This document shows positions 1 to 12,274 of a stretch of 64,000 nucleotides of DNA, piece by piece. Numbering within the stretch: position 1 is the stretch's first letter; every line of letters starts with the position of its first letter. Source of the DNA: Eledone cirrhosa. Lineage: Eukaryota. The position numbers were made by a program, and so were the translations under genes. Below the pieces are notes generated by a model. The model was not told the origin of the DNA, searched no databases, and worked only from the letters and a program-made list of their open reading frames with translations. The stretch covers positions 322,648,001 to 322,712,000 of the forward strand of contig OZ024740.1 of assembly GCA_964016885.1 (NCBI GenBank), written 5' to 3'.

Positions 1-204
1 GATTGCTTCCTTAATTTTAACACCATCTTATAAACCGGCGAATTGGCAAACTCATTAAAGTGTTGGATTAAATTGTTTGCGATATCAAATCCCACCGAGA
101 TCAACTTTATCTTTCATCCTTTCGGAGTCGATAAAATAAAGTAGCAGTTTATGATCGGTGGATTGGTCAAATAATCCAACATTATGCTTTACAGTATCTG
201 TTCG

Positions 205-395
205 GGCGTTGGATTGGCAGTGTCGGTAGAGGGTCGGACGCCATGCTTTGCAACATAGAGTTACGCCCCTTTGCGTTCTGAGTTCAAATCCCACTGAGGT
301 TAACTTTGCTTTTCATCCTTTCGGAGTCGATAAAATAAAGTACCAGTAATGCACTGAGATAATTGCTGGCCTTATGCCAAAAGTAGAAACAATTA
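205..395 (+). mobile_element. tRNA-derived SINE family A (B box GAGTTCAAATCC, core GCCTTTCATCCTTtCGGGGTCGATAAAATAAAGTACCAG); partial copy also at ~33-200
   Basis: A-box-like TGGCAGTGTCGG, B box GTTCAAATCC and a conserved core recurring more than 10 times in the window. The core resembles, from memory, the Meta/MESC-type SINE central domain (not verified). Confidence 0.8.
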
Positions 396-549
396 TGCTT
401 TACAGTATCTGTTCGGGCTCTGTGCGTTCTCTGTTCAAAATTCTCTATTTGTCATCGGAAAAGGAGTGATGTCTCAGCTAGAAGTTGCCACCATCATCAA
501 TGGAAAGACCTATGTAAATAATAATAATGATGATGATGATGATAATAAT

Positions 550-970
550 AACTGTTTCTACTTTTGGCACAAGGCCAGCAATTATCCCAGTGCATTACTG
601 GTACTTTATTTTATCGACCCCCGTAAGGATGAAAGGCAAATTTAACCTCGGCGGGATTTGAACTCTGACCGTAAAGGGACGTAACTCTATGCTGCAAAGC
701 ATGGTGTCAGATCCTCTACCGATACTGCCAATCCACCAATTGATGATGATAATAATAATAATAATTATTATTTCTACTTTAGGCACAAGGCCAGCAATTT
801 TGGGATGAGGGAAAAGTCGATAAAATCGACTCCAGTGCATTACTGGTACTTTATTTATCGACCTCGTAAGAATGAAAGGCAAAGCTAACCTTGGTGGGAT
901 TGGAACTTTACATTTTGAGTTCAAATCATGCTGCGATTAGCTTTGCCTTTCATCCTCACGGGGTCGATAA
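550..970 (-). mobile_element. SINE family A copies (minus-strand copies ~550-740 and ~770-910; short plus-strand piece ~915-970)
   Basis: Reverse complement of the family A consensus (ACTGGTACTTTATTTTATCGACCCCGTAAGGATGAAAGGC...GGATTTGAACTC). Confidence 0.75.
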
Positions 971-984
971 TAATAAGGATAATA

Positions 985-1310
985 TGAGGCTGTAACTGAT
1001 GGAGAAAATGTAACAATTATTTGGGATTTTCCTGTACATACAGACAAAACCATAAAAGCTAACAAACTAGACCTAGTTGTAAAAGACCAAAATAACAATG
1101 TATGTTTATTGATTGATATAAACATTCAATATGATCACAATATTGCAACAAAAGAATTAGACATCCCCAGAAAATATAATGACTTACAGATTGAAATGAA
1201 AAAATGTGGCATCTCACGGTGGTTACAATACCAGTGATTGTAGGAATACTAGGAATGATGAGAAAAGGAACAGAAAATTATTTTAAAATGATCCCTGGTT
1301 TACACAGAAA
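985..1310 (+). pseudogene. Remnant of R4/Dong-type non-LTR retrotransposon, restriction-like endonuclease C-terminus
   Basis: Hand translation gives GENVTIIWDFPVHTDKTIKANKLDLVVKD...CLLID, then the ORF MWHLTVVTIPVIVGILGMMRKG. These match the WD...RPD and PVVVGALG motifs of RLE LINEs. Confidence 0.75.
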
Positions 1311-1340
1311 CGAATCTAAGTACCTGGCAGGGCTAAAACG

Positions 1341-2046
1341 TCAAGTTTTAAAAAGTGACCACTCCTTACTTGGCTTTTTTTTTATTATCTCTGGATCGTA
1401 CTCGCACACTCGTGATTCAGCTCCTGTCATTACTTTATTCAAGAAATTTGGCTCAATTTCGGATCTTTCTAGCAATTCCTGACAAATTTCTAACCTGTTA
1501 GTTTTTTGCTCCTCAGACGCGTTTAGTTTTGCTGAAATTTTTCGCATGTACAAATGGCCTGTTAAAATTACGTGAACTGCATTTTTATCTAAGCTCATTT
1601 CTTCTGCAACCATCCTAACACTTAATTGGTGATTCTTCGTTATCACCGCTGGCACCACTTCCACATTTTGTTCATTTGTTAACGAGATTAACCTTCCAAA
1701 ACGAATTTAGTCTTCAACCCTCTTTGAAAACTCTGTGCCACTTAAACCCTTACTTCTCGATAGAGTGGCATCTCCATAAGCTTGTGTTAAAAAATTAAAT
1801 GTTTCGGTGGCAGATTTGTTAAGTTTCACACACAATTTGATCGCGTATCGTAGTTGGATATTTTGTTGTATCGCAAACGTAACAGATACTATAAACACAT
1901 CTGTACATAAATAGCAGTAACACACGGCGGAATTAATTGATCATGTTGAAACAAGTATGTATGTGCAGCCAAGGTCATAACCAATACATCTATAAGCATA
2001 TCGTACATAGGAAAATAAGTACTCTTACTTTTGGGACAAACCTCGA
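1341..2046 (-). mobile_element. Degenerate mariner (Tc1/mariner) transposon, 5' half
   Basis: ORFs 1707-1925 (QLRYAIKLCVKLNKSATETF...QAYGDATLSR) and 1341-1664 (LSVRMVAEEMSL...MRKISAKL...VMTGAES..YDPE...SKEW) match the mariner HTH and first catalytic (TGDE-like) motifs. TIR-like CGAGGTTTGTCCCAAAAGTAA lies near 2045. Confidence 0.85.
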
Positions 2047-2259
2047 ATATATGTATGCATATGAGTGGGCATGTGTGCATTTTTATATAGATAGATAGAT
2101 CTGTATGTGTGTGTATGTGTGTGTGTGTGTGTGTGAGAGTTTATACTATATTACTGAAACCTACTATAAGTATCGCCTCAGTAAATGTCAATGAAAAGAA
2201 GATTGCTGATGTGAAGATGAAAACTTAAAGTACACCTAAACAACAATTCACTATAGAAC

Positions 2260-2379
<120 letters not shown>

Positions 2380-3171
2380 TAGAGATAGAGAGAGAGTGGT
2401 GGGGGGAGAGTGAAAGAATGGGTAGATAATCAGGATAGTAGAAGATTAAGTTGAATGACAACAGCCCGGAGTAATAATCCTTCGTCGCAAAAGCACAGAA
2501 TCTGTTGTTTACTAGGTTTACTTGTTATTATTTTCCATAAAACACAAGAACAGAATGTATTAGTTAAGATGTTGTATTGTTTTTGTTTTCATTATTTTTG
2601 TTTCATTTTTGAGTTCTAAAAACATCAGAAAATAGAGTTTCGTTAAAAACAAACTCTATTTGTATTATCATAGAATGTTTCCAGTTCTAAGATGATCCAG
2701 TAAAATATATTTTGAACTGCACACCTCAAGAGGTTTGTTTCTAAAATATTTAAACATATTTCGAATGCGTCTATAATTTTTATTCGTATGACTGTAACTG
2801 TTTTTGCATATAACTTGAATGGACCTCAGTCGGTTTCAACGATAAATGTTCCAGTTGTTCGATCAACAGAACAGCTTGCTCGTGAGATTAATATGTGCGT
2901 GGCTGAGCATTCCACAGACACGTGTACCCTTAACGTAATTCTCAGGAAGGTTCAATGTGATAGAGTGTGTGACAAGGTTTTGGATTACAGCCCATTGGAC
3001 ATTTCCAAAAGCCCTTGGCATTGTAATGCTACTGACGAGCAGTACAAGTTAGAGACAAGCTCTATACGTACGGGAGTACCAACAACTGGACTTGTCCGAA
3101 ATGCACGCAGGGTGCCAAGTCTGTCCCGCATGCTATCGCCCAGTGACCATATATGTATACATTTTTTTTTT

Positions 3172-3388
3172 ATCGATCGACTTTCGTCAAATCGGACCGA
3201 GGAAACAATGATGTTTCCGTTGGTCTTTCCAATTGCTAATACTATCTATCGGTCGCAACTCCCGGTAGAAGGAGCAACGTGAAATAAAGTGTCTTGCTCA
3301 AGGACATAACGCATCGCCCAGTCCAGGAATCGAACTCACAACTTCACGATTGCGAATCCAGTTCTCTAACCAATCAGCCACACGCCTT
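3172..3388 (-). mobile_element. tRNA-derived CORE-type SINE family B
   Basis: Minus strand has a tRNA-like head (TGGTTAGAG...GAGTTCGATTCC) followed by the CORE-like TGTCCTTGAGCAAGACACTT. Related copies at 57836-58045 and 60119-60295. Confidence 0.75.
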
Positions 3389-3395
3389 CACAAAT

Positions 3396-3506
<111 letters not shown>

Positions 3507-3516
3507 TACACACACA

Positions 3517-4110
3517 CATGGTGGCTGCCAACTCGTTTTCGAGTACGGCCACTACTTTATATCCATGTAGGAAAACCCCTACCGATGCGCTAAACAAGTG
3601 TGACTTTTTAGTCCACCCAGCGACTTGAAAACTCTGGTACAAACACTACACTTGTGACAATTATTGACACATAGTGCTGGGCCCATGGTACCATGTGATG
3701 ACAAGTGCAGAGAGATCTCCAGATATAAAGCAATGCCTGTGCCGTGAAGCTTTTATAGTGAGCAAAGGCACTGCACAAAGCCAGTCCCACTCTCTTAACC
3801 AAGATGATATTTACCAAAAAGAAGAACAAGTCAACATCATTGGATACCATCAGGGTTGCAGGTGTTATATCAGATTTTTCCTTCTCCTAGAATTCTGCCT
3901 TGGCAAAGGCTAAGGGGTCATCTCTCCCGGTGATTTTGGATGGCCATTGACTCTTAAGAGCTCCTTTGCCCTTTGACAGGTTTTGTTTTTAGTCCTGCAG
4001 GATGTCCAAAGTCACCCTCCTCACCAAGAAACCTTGGTGGGGTTGCCAGTTTAGTCGCCAACGACCCGACCATGGGACAGGTTGTACTGGAATACATGTT
4101 ACCAGTAGCA
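3517..4110 (-). mobile_element. Non-autonomous bipartite RTE-derived element (RTE-like 5' UTR joined to RTE 3' end)
   Basis: Highly similar to 48345-48906 (inverted). The 3' part encodes a C2H2-like terminus (CSVCTRVFKSLAGLKSH...H*) typical of RTE ORFs, and there is no RT between the ends. Confidence 0.65.
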
Positions 4111-4117
4111 CACACAC

Positions 4118-4243
<126 letters not shown>

Positions 4244-4502
4244 AATTTTAGTACAGCATTAACGAAGCTTTAGTTTGCGGCCAAGCTAACGAATGCAAAT
4301 TCGGTATGTAGCTTTAGCACTCGAATGGGAATAGTACCCCAGAGTAATAACAATACGTTTAGACAGCTTAGCAAATCAAATATAGCGATCGGCAGTCCAG
4401 CTGCATTACCACAGCAACGAGAATGGTTGGACTCAGGAAAAGATTTTAGACTATATATATATATATATACATATATTTATATATATATATATATACATTA
4501 GC

Positions 4503-4904
4503 TAGTAATATGTGCTTACGGCGTATTTGACTAAATAGAATTAGTCTGTTAGTTGGGATTAAAAAAACCCCTCTGAATGGAAAAAGAAAAGGATGAGTAT
4601 TGAAGTACATGGGACACGAACCCACATCTTTGGCTTTTCCGGACCAATGTGTTATTACTACACCAACACGCCACCCATGTTTCCGTCCATATATATATAT
4701 ATATCCGCTATGGTTATATAGCTTCTAATTGAATGGAAGGAAGCATGGGTGGCGGGTTGGTGTAATGGTAATACACCAAAGATGTGGGTTCGTGTCCCAT
4801 GTACGTCAATACTCATCCTTTTTTTCCATTTAGAGGGCCTTTTAAAATCCCTACTAACAGACTGATTCTATGTAGTCAAATACGGCGTAAGCACATATTA
4901 CTAC
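4503..4904. repeat. Inverted repeat (arms ~4503-4680 and ~4744-4904) containing a tRNA-like segment
   Basis: The arms are reverse complements. The right arm has A-box-like TGGTGTAATGG and B-box-like GGTTCGTGTCCC. Confidence 0.7.
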
Positions 4905-5033
4905 CTAATTTTCAAATTCACTAGCCGTTTGTAAATAAAGCCTGCTTTGTGTCTCCCAATTTATATATATATATGTAAGTATATATATACACGTACATAT
5001 ACATGTGTGTGTGTGTGTATATATATATATACA

Positions 5034-5069
<36 letters not shown>

Positions 5070-5070
<1 letters not shown>

Positions 5071-5331
5071 AAGTATTTACGTATCGAGAGAGAGCAAAAA
5101 AAGGAAGGATAGGTGATACATGTAGTTATTTGCCAAGTAGCGTATGCCAAAGGTGCTCAATACTAGTACCGGCAGTATTAAATATTAGAAGTGTTAATAT
5201 TTAGTGGGCTAGAGAGTTAGCAGAGCGTAAGCACGTGGAAAAGTAAGAAATCGGAGAACAGACCGTTAAAACATGTTTATTTAAAATAAACATGTTTTAA
5301 CGGTCTATTCTCCGATTTCTTACTTTTCTAC

Positions 5332-5333
<2 letters not shown>
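5070..5333 (-). mobile_element. Solo fold-back fragment of the PLE pseudo-LTR 3' part
   Basis: 5070-5283 is the reverse complement of ~26720-26932. 5284-5333 repeats its start in the opposite orientation (palindrome centred near 5283). Confidence 0.85.
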
Positions 5334-5411
<78 letters not shown>

Positions 5412-5561
5412 CATATATATGTGTATGTATATATACATCTCTCTCTCTATATATATATGTATATATATATATATATATACATATATATGTGTATGTATAT
5501 ATACATCTCTCTCTCTCTATATATATGTATATATATATATATATATATACATATATATGTG

Positions 5562-5592
<31 letters not shown>

Positions 5593-5949
5593 GTATATAC
5601 ATATATATGTATGTACATACATATAAACACATTTTTATATGTGTGAGTGTACCCAGGTATAGTTGTTTGAGCATATATTATAAAATAATATATGTGCAGT
5701 TCACTGTTTTGTGTTAGAGGTTGAAATGAATCGTCCGTGACTCAACCAATCATAATCATCATCCTTCAGTCTCAACCAATCACATTCCTTATGCTTATCA
5801 TTTGCTATACATCCACACAAGTTTACATATCTCTGGTGAAAGACACCGTGGAAATCACACCACCACCATTGCCTCCAGATATAACCACATACATTGCCAC
5901 ACTAACACACTCATACACTTCTATATATTTGCGTGCATTATATATATAC

Positions 5950-6132
5950 ATGGTGGATTAGCAGTATTGGTAGAGGATAGGACGCTTTGACGTATAGAGT
6001 TACGGCCCTTGCCATTCTGAGTTCAAATCCCGCCAAGGTTAACTTTGCCTTTCATCCTTACGGGGTCGATAAAATAAAGTACCAGTAATGCACTGGGTAA
6101 TTGCTGGCCTTGTGCCTAACGTAGAAACAATT
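5950..6132 (+). mobile_element. SINE family A copy
   Basis: Matches the family A consensus from head to the GTAGAAACAATTAT tail. Confidence 0.8.
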
Positions 6133-6172
6133 ATATATATACATATACACACAATACCTATATATCTATCTA

Positions 6173-6241
<69 letters not shown>

Positions 6242-6493
6242 GTGTGGCAATGTATGCGGTTATATATGGAGGTAATGGTGGTGGTGTGATTTCCACAGTG
6301 TCCTTCAAATTATATATATATATATATGAAAAAGTATGACCCCGACGGCAGAGCTCAAGCCGTTTTGGGGTCATACTTTTTCCTATTACCCACTCTACTA
6401 CACTAAGTATTGAGTACTCTGGTGCGTTATGGTCCATCTGGTTCCTTACCACAATTCCTTCGTTTTATATATATATATATAAGATTATATATA

Positions 6494-6538
<45 letters not shown>

Positions 6539-6543
6539 CTATA

Positions 6544-6642
<99 letters not shown>

Positions 6643-6899
6643 CATATCCTTCATATCAGTCAGTATTCATTACCACATACCGCCTATATATATATCCACA
6701 GATACATAGATACATAGTAGATCACGTACATAGACACAAACGCTAACACACAATGTTTTTTGCATTCACACAATACATATAAACATTTAGCAAATTGACA
6801 GTCGCACTATTAGCATAATAATTCTAGATTGAAATTCCTGCTTTAACTCTCCACAACCTCTTGCCTCTCCTCACCTCGCAATTCTCTAAGATCAGATAT

Positions 6900-7073
6900 A
6901 AAATAGAAAAAGCGAAAAAGAAAATTTGGAGCTTAATATCATTTAGCCATATTTTCATAGTTCCACATTGACGATAATTCCCAATGCAACAAGCGGCGCT
7001 TGAAAGCGGAAGAGTTCAGTTTTATCACTTTCGCCATTTTTGGTGTCTCTTTTAATGTTTCGCCGCGGCGGCA

Positions 7074-7104
<31 letters not shown>

Positions 7105-7625
7105 TAATAATAATGATAATAATAATAATGCTTTCCTTATTATTATTTTTATTTATTTATTAATAATAATAATAATGATAATAATTATAATAATAATAAT
7201 AATAAAATAATAATGATAATGAGACGAAGAAAAAGAAAAGTAGACTAAATCCCATGGCGCAATAAAGCGCGGAATTTTTATGAATCATTTGAGACAAAGT
7301 AGTGAGATCAGTGCAAAACACTTCTAACGATTTAGTCTCGTTGCTGCCGCCATATTGTATTCCGTTGGCCATTTTGTTTTGTCTTCTAGCAACCTTTTTC
7401 TATATCCGTTTATTTTCTCTGTTTTTCCTTTCACCTTTAATCCTTTCTTTCTTCCCTTCTCTTCTCTTGTTGTTGTTGCTATTGTCGTCGTCTTTGTTTC
7501 CTATCTATAGGAATGTTTTCTTGGATTCTGTTAAAGCGAGATAAAGAAAAAAAAATACATGATGGTAGAAATGAAAGAATATATATTTCTATTTCTATCT
7601 GATACAGTCTTCGTCGTGACTGTAT

Positions 7626-7713
<88 letters not shown>

Positions 7714-8730
7714 TGAATAGATATGTAAGTATATATATATATATATAAATATATATATGCATTCACACACATACACACACACATATATATATATATATAC
7801 ACATATATACTTACACACATACTTGCACACATGTACACACTCAGAAACAGACACACACACACGCACGTGTGCTTTCTCTCCCCACCTCTCTCTCTCACAC
7901 ACACGCATATATATAGCTTGTTAAAAATCATTTCATCACCACCCCCATCATCATCACTCACCCATCACTGCTTGTTGTTGTTATTGCTGCCATTACTATT
8001 GTACTTGTTGTTGTTGTTGTTTGTGTTTGTTGTTGTTTTAATATCATTTTCAGATGAGATGACAGGCAGACAGACATAGATTTCTGATTAAAAAGACTTT
8101 AAATCAGATTTTTATTATATTTTTTAATCGAATTCCTTTCGCCTTCCTTATAATAGGTTCAAGTCATTGGAATAAAATATCTTTTGTTCGTCTTTTCATG
8201 TTTTTAATGTTTAAAATGAGGTGTTTTAATGCCGTTTTATAGTCGTTAAGATTATCTGTGTTCCACCGTTCTCTCTTATATCGTTTTGTAAGGATTTCTT
8301 ACTGCATTTGTAATAGATGTTATAGTTTAAAGGTATCTACTTTTATGTGTGTATAGATCCTTCTTTAATGTTTGCATTGCTTCACGCATCGATACACACG
8401 TGGATTGTTGAAACCTATCAGAGAATTCTAACTGCGTTGAAAAGAAATATTCACAATGTATCTGTTATTTATGAATATTCGAAATGGATCTAGAGTGACG
8501 TATCGATCATTATATTACTTGTGAGAAACTGTGAATAGTTCTGGAAACTACTTTACAGTAAGTTTACAGCAACGAACAAAGAGTTCGAAGGTGAAGTATC
8601 TGATATAGTCCCTGCCTGAGATACAACAAAACCACTACCATGAAAGGCCGCCAGCATTTTATTGTTAACGGCGCGAAATTCTATCGCTGCTACAATAAAG
8701 ACCAATCACGTGATATAAAGATGGCGGGGG
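6900..8730. promoter_or_regulatory. Possible Pol II promoter/5' region with clustered YY1-like motifs
   Basis: GCCATnTT motifs at 6946, 7033, 7349 and 7368; a CG-rich patch at 7061; CCAAT-CACGTG-AAGATGGCGG at 8702-8727; the region is poor in interspersed repeats. Confidence 0.35.
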
Positions 8731-9694
8731 TGGGGGTGGGGTGGTCTTCTTTCCTAGAACGTGATTTCATAAATAATTGTATTCCAAGTAATTAGAATGA
8801 GACACCATAGAAGTCATTAAAGGAGGCATTACCTCATGTCGTTAGTAGAGTGTGAAGAAATGACTTGTAAAGTTTCTCTGTGAACTTATGATTCTCAGTC
8901 ACCTTTCTTTGATGTTGCCCGACATTGGTAAGTTAAGGGTTAAAGGTAAAATCTAAGATTTTAATTTCAGAATCAATATGATTGAGATGATCTTCGCAAC
9001 GATTTACGATCATTCTTTGCTATGTATCAATTGATGTGGAACAACTAAACCGATTTAAGCTCCTGTAGTATTTAGGAATAAAATCTTATTGTGTTTTCTG
9101 AGGAACGAAACGTTTTAAGTGGGTTACCTATATCTAAGTTGTCATGTACATTAATAAATAACTACTCAGGCCTATATCGAAGTCGCTATGTACTTTTAAA
9201 TCGGCCTGTTGAGGCATATATATCATTCAGATGTCATGTACTTTAATAACGGTCTACCGAGGCATACACTTAATAGAAACTTAGAGAGGCATATCATCCA
9301 GTTGTCCTGTACTTTAAACACACAATACTGAGAGGCATATATCTTAGTTGCACTATAAAAATAAAACACAAACACACAAAACACATACATCCACCTATCC
9401 ACCCATTGATAGATAGATACATACTTAATATATAACTACAACCCTTCATCTATCCATCCATCCATCTATCTATAGATAGATATCTTTCTTTATTTTTTTA
9501 AATAGTTACATACATACACATGAATGCATACATGCATACATACATACATGCATACATACATACTTACATGCACACACATATATGCATACATACATACATA
9601 CATACATACATACATACATACATACATAAACCCCTTCACTCATCCATCCATCTATCGATAGATAGACAGTTAGTTACATACATAATACATACAT

Positions 9695-10150
9695 ATATGA
9701 TGGCTGCAAAGCCTGCTAAGAGTACTGCAATCGCTTGTCAGATTATAGAGTTTGGTGCACTTTTAGGCTACGGCCAGTCACACAAACATGTAACGTATCC
9801 TGAACAAGCAATGCCTGTGCTTTGAAGGTTTTTAAGTGGGGAAAGGCCTTGCACACGACCAATCCCACTCTCTGAACATCGAAAACACTACCCGAAAAGG
9901 AGAACTGGTCAACATCATCGGATACTTCGGAAGCCGCGGTTTTTTTTTTTTTTAGAGTTTACCTCTCCTAGAAAGGTGTGGTGAAAACTCCCAGGTGAGT
10001 TCCTCCGCCATTTGCCGGGTCTCGTATTTCATCCTGCAGAGTGTCCAAATATCACCCTCCTCACCAAGCAAGCTTGGTGGGGTTGCCGGTTTAGTCACCG
10101 ACGACCCGACCATGAGACAGGTTGTACAGGGTTGCATGGAACCAGTAGCA
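9695..10150 (-). mobile_element. Diverged copy of the bipartite RTE-derived element
   Basis: Shares the 5' block (TGCTACTGG...ACCTGTCTCATGGTCGGGTCG...GAGGAGGGTGA) and the GCAGCCATCATAT 3' end with the 3517-4110 and 58180-58710 copies. Confidence 0.65.
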
Positions 10151-10242
10151 GTCGATGCATACATACATACATACACACATACATACATGCATACATATGT
10201 AAATACAGACATACATACATACATATATACATACATACATGC

Positions 10243-10575
10243 ATAATGATATGGAACAGGGAAAAGAAATCATGCACAGTAGTGGAAATTAGCTGCTCAG
10301 CAGATGCCAATATAATATCAAAGATTAGTGAAAAGGAGAATATTTATGCAGAACTGATGAGAAATCTATAGATATTCCACCCTGAATATACCTTCAGATT
10401 TATGCCTGTAATTATTGGGGCACTGGGATATGTTAGTAACTGCCTCAATACAAATCTTGAGAAGCTGAACCTCACAGAAACAGAAAGAACACAACTAGTT
10501 AGGAAATTACAAGTACATTCCATTAATGGAACAATAAAAATATGTAAAACATTCCAAAAATTCTGCATTAAATAA
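10243..10575 (+). pseudogene. 3' end of an RLE-type (R2/R4 group) non-LTR retrotransposon
   Basis: Hand translation gives IMIWNREKKSCTVVEISCSAD...KISEKENIYAELMRNL*...FRFMPVIIGALGYV...KICKTFQKFCIK*. The downstream ~290-bp UTR-like segment is tandemly duplicated (10574-11090). Confidence 0.7.
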
Positions 10576-11141
10576 CTGCTTATACACTTGTACAGATACA
10601 AAGCATATGCACATGCACACATACAACTCAAAATATCCACATCCATACCTGCACACACATGCATGCATGCAGACATGCATACATATCTACCTAGTTGATG
10701 TGTAAATTCCAATGAGTTTTATATTTATGTTAGAAATCGGCTCTCTCTCTATTGGCAAACATTTGTGAAACTATAAAATCATATGAACATGCATACATAC
10801 ATATATTCATACATACATACATACATAGATACATTCATACATACATACACATATTGCATCTAATAACTGCATATACACATGTACAGATACAAAGCATATA
10901 CACATGCACACATACAACTCAAAACATACACATACGCACATACAATAACATCCATACCTGCACACACATGCATGCATGCATGCAGACATATCTACCTAGT
11001 TGATGTTGTGTAAATTCCAATGAGAGAGTCTTGTAACTATGTTAGAAACCGACTCTCTCTCTATTGGCAAAAATTTATGAAATTATAAAACCAGAAGAAC
11101 ATACATACATACAAAAATATATACATACATACATACATACA

Positions 11142-11175
<34 letters not shown>

Positions 11176-11216
11176 CTTACATACATACAAACATACAAAC
11201 ATACATACATACACAC

Positions 11217-11239
<23 letters not shown>

Positions 11240-11247
<8 letters not shown>

Positions 11248-11762
11248 CATACATACATACAAATATATATATATATATATATTTATTTATTAAAATAACA
11301 GATTAAAGTTTAAGCAAAGAATCGCTGCTTTCACCCTTAACGGGATCTTTTGAAACTTTGCCAGAGAACGTCTCTATGAACCACCTAATAGAATATTAGT
11401 CTACGACTTCTTTTATACCATAAACGTGGTTTTGTCTTTGCGTGTAATTGTTTTTCACCGCTCCAAATAATGACGTATTATATTCGTTTTTTCCCGTTCT
11501 TTGCCAGGGAACGTTTCCCCGAACCAAAGTATCGTCTTCCTGTCTTCCTCCGGTTGCAACGGCTTTTGAAATATTCACTTCTGCGTTTACAGATTGACTT
11601 TGTTAGTTTCAGAAGATCCCGTTAAGGGTGAAAGTAGCGATTCTTTGCTTAAACTTTAATCTGTTATTTTAATAAATATTTGCTCTACGGTTCTTATATT
11701 TTTGATATATATTTATCCTTATCGAGCCCTCTTTGCATTTTGGTCTTCAAATTTATTATTAT

Positions 11763-11815
<53 letters not shown>

Positions 11816-12208
11816 ATTATATTTGACTTCAGTCACTATTATCCGCCCAAAGATAACCTGAAGATCCACATGTGATTATGAATTCAAAATATTCCACAAC
11901 ACCTGGAGTCCCTTACCTGAAGGTCATTAGTTCAGACGTCACCTTACTGGATTGATTCCAAGTGCCACGGCTCTCTCTTGACATGCTGCCCTAAACACCT
12001 CAACATCTTCCAATATCTTAGAATGTCTACTTTACACAGAAGTTCAATCAATCGATATTTCTTGAAGCAAACTTTCTCATGTAAATTTAATTTGAACAAG
12101 AATCTTATATTCTAAGATTTTCGAATGAAATATTGAACTTCTCGGTTAAAATGTACGAATCCTGGTTTAAATTTCTGCCACGTCATCAACATGGTGGTAT
12201 GTGTATGG

Positions 12209-12215
<7 letters not shown>
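11240..12215. repeat. ~1-kb block duplicated in inverted orientation at ~47205-48232; includes an element with ~75-bp inverted arms (11284-11356 / 11605-11676)
   Basis: Direct reverse-complement comparison; the ORF track shows near-identical 60-aa ORFs at 11396-11578(-) and 47901-48083(+). Confidence 0.9.
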
Positions 12216-12274
<59 letters not shown>

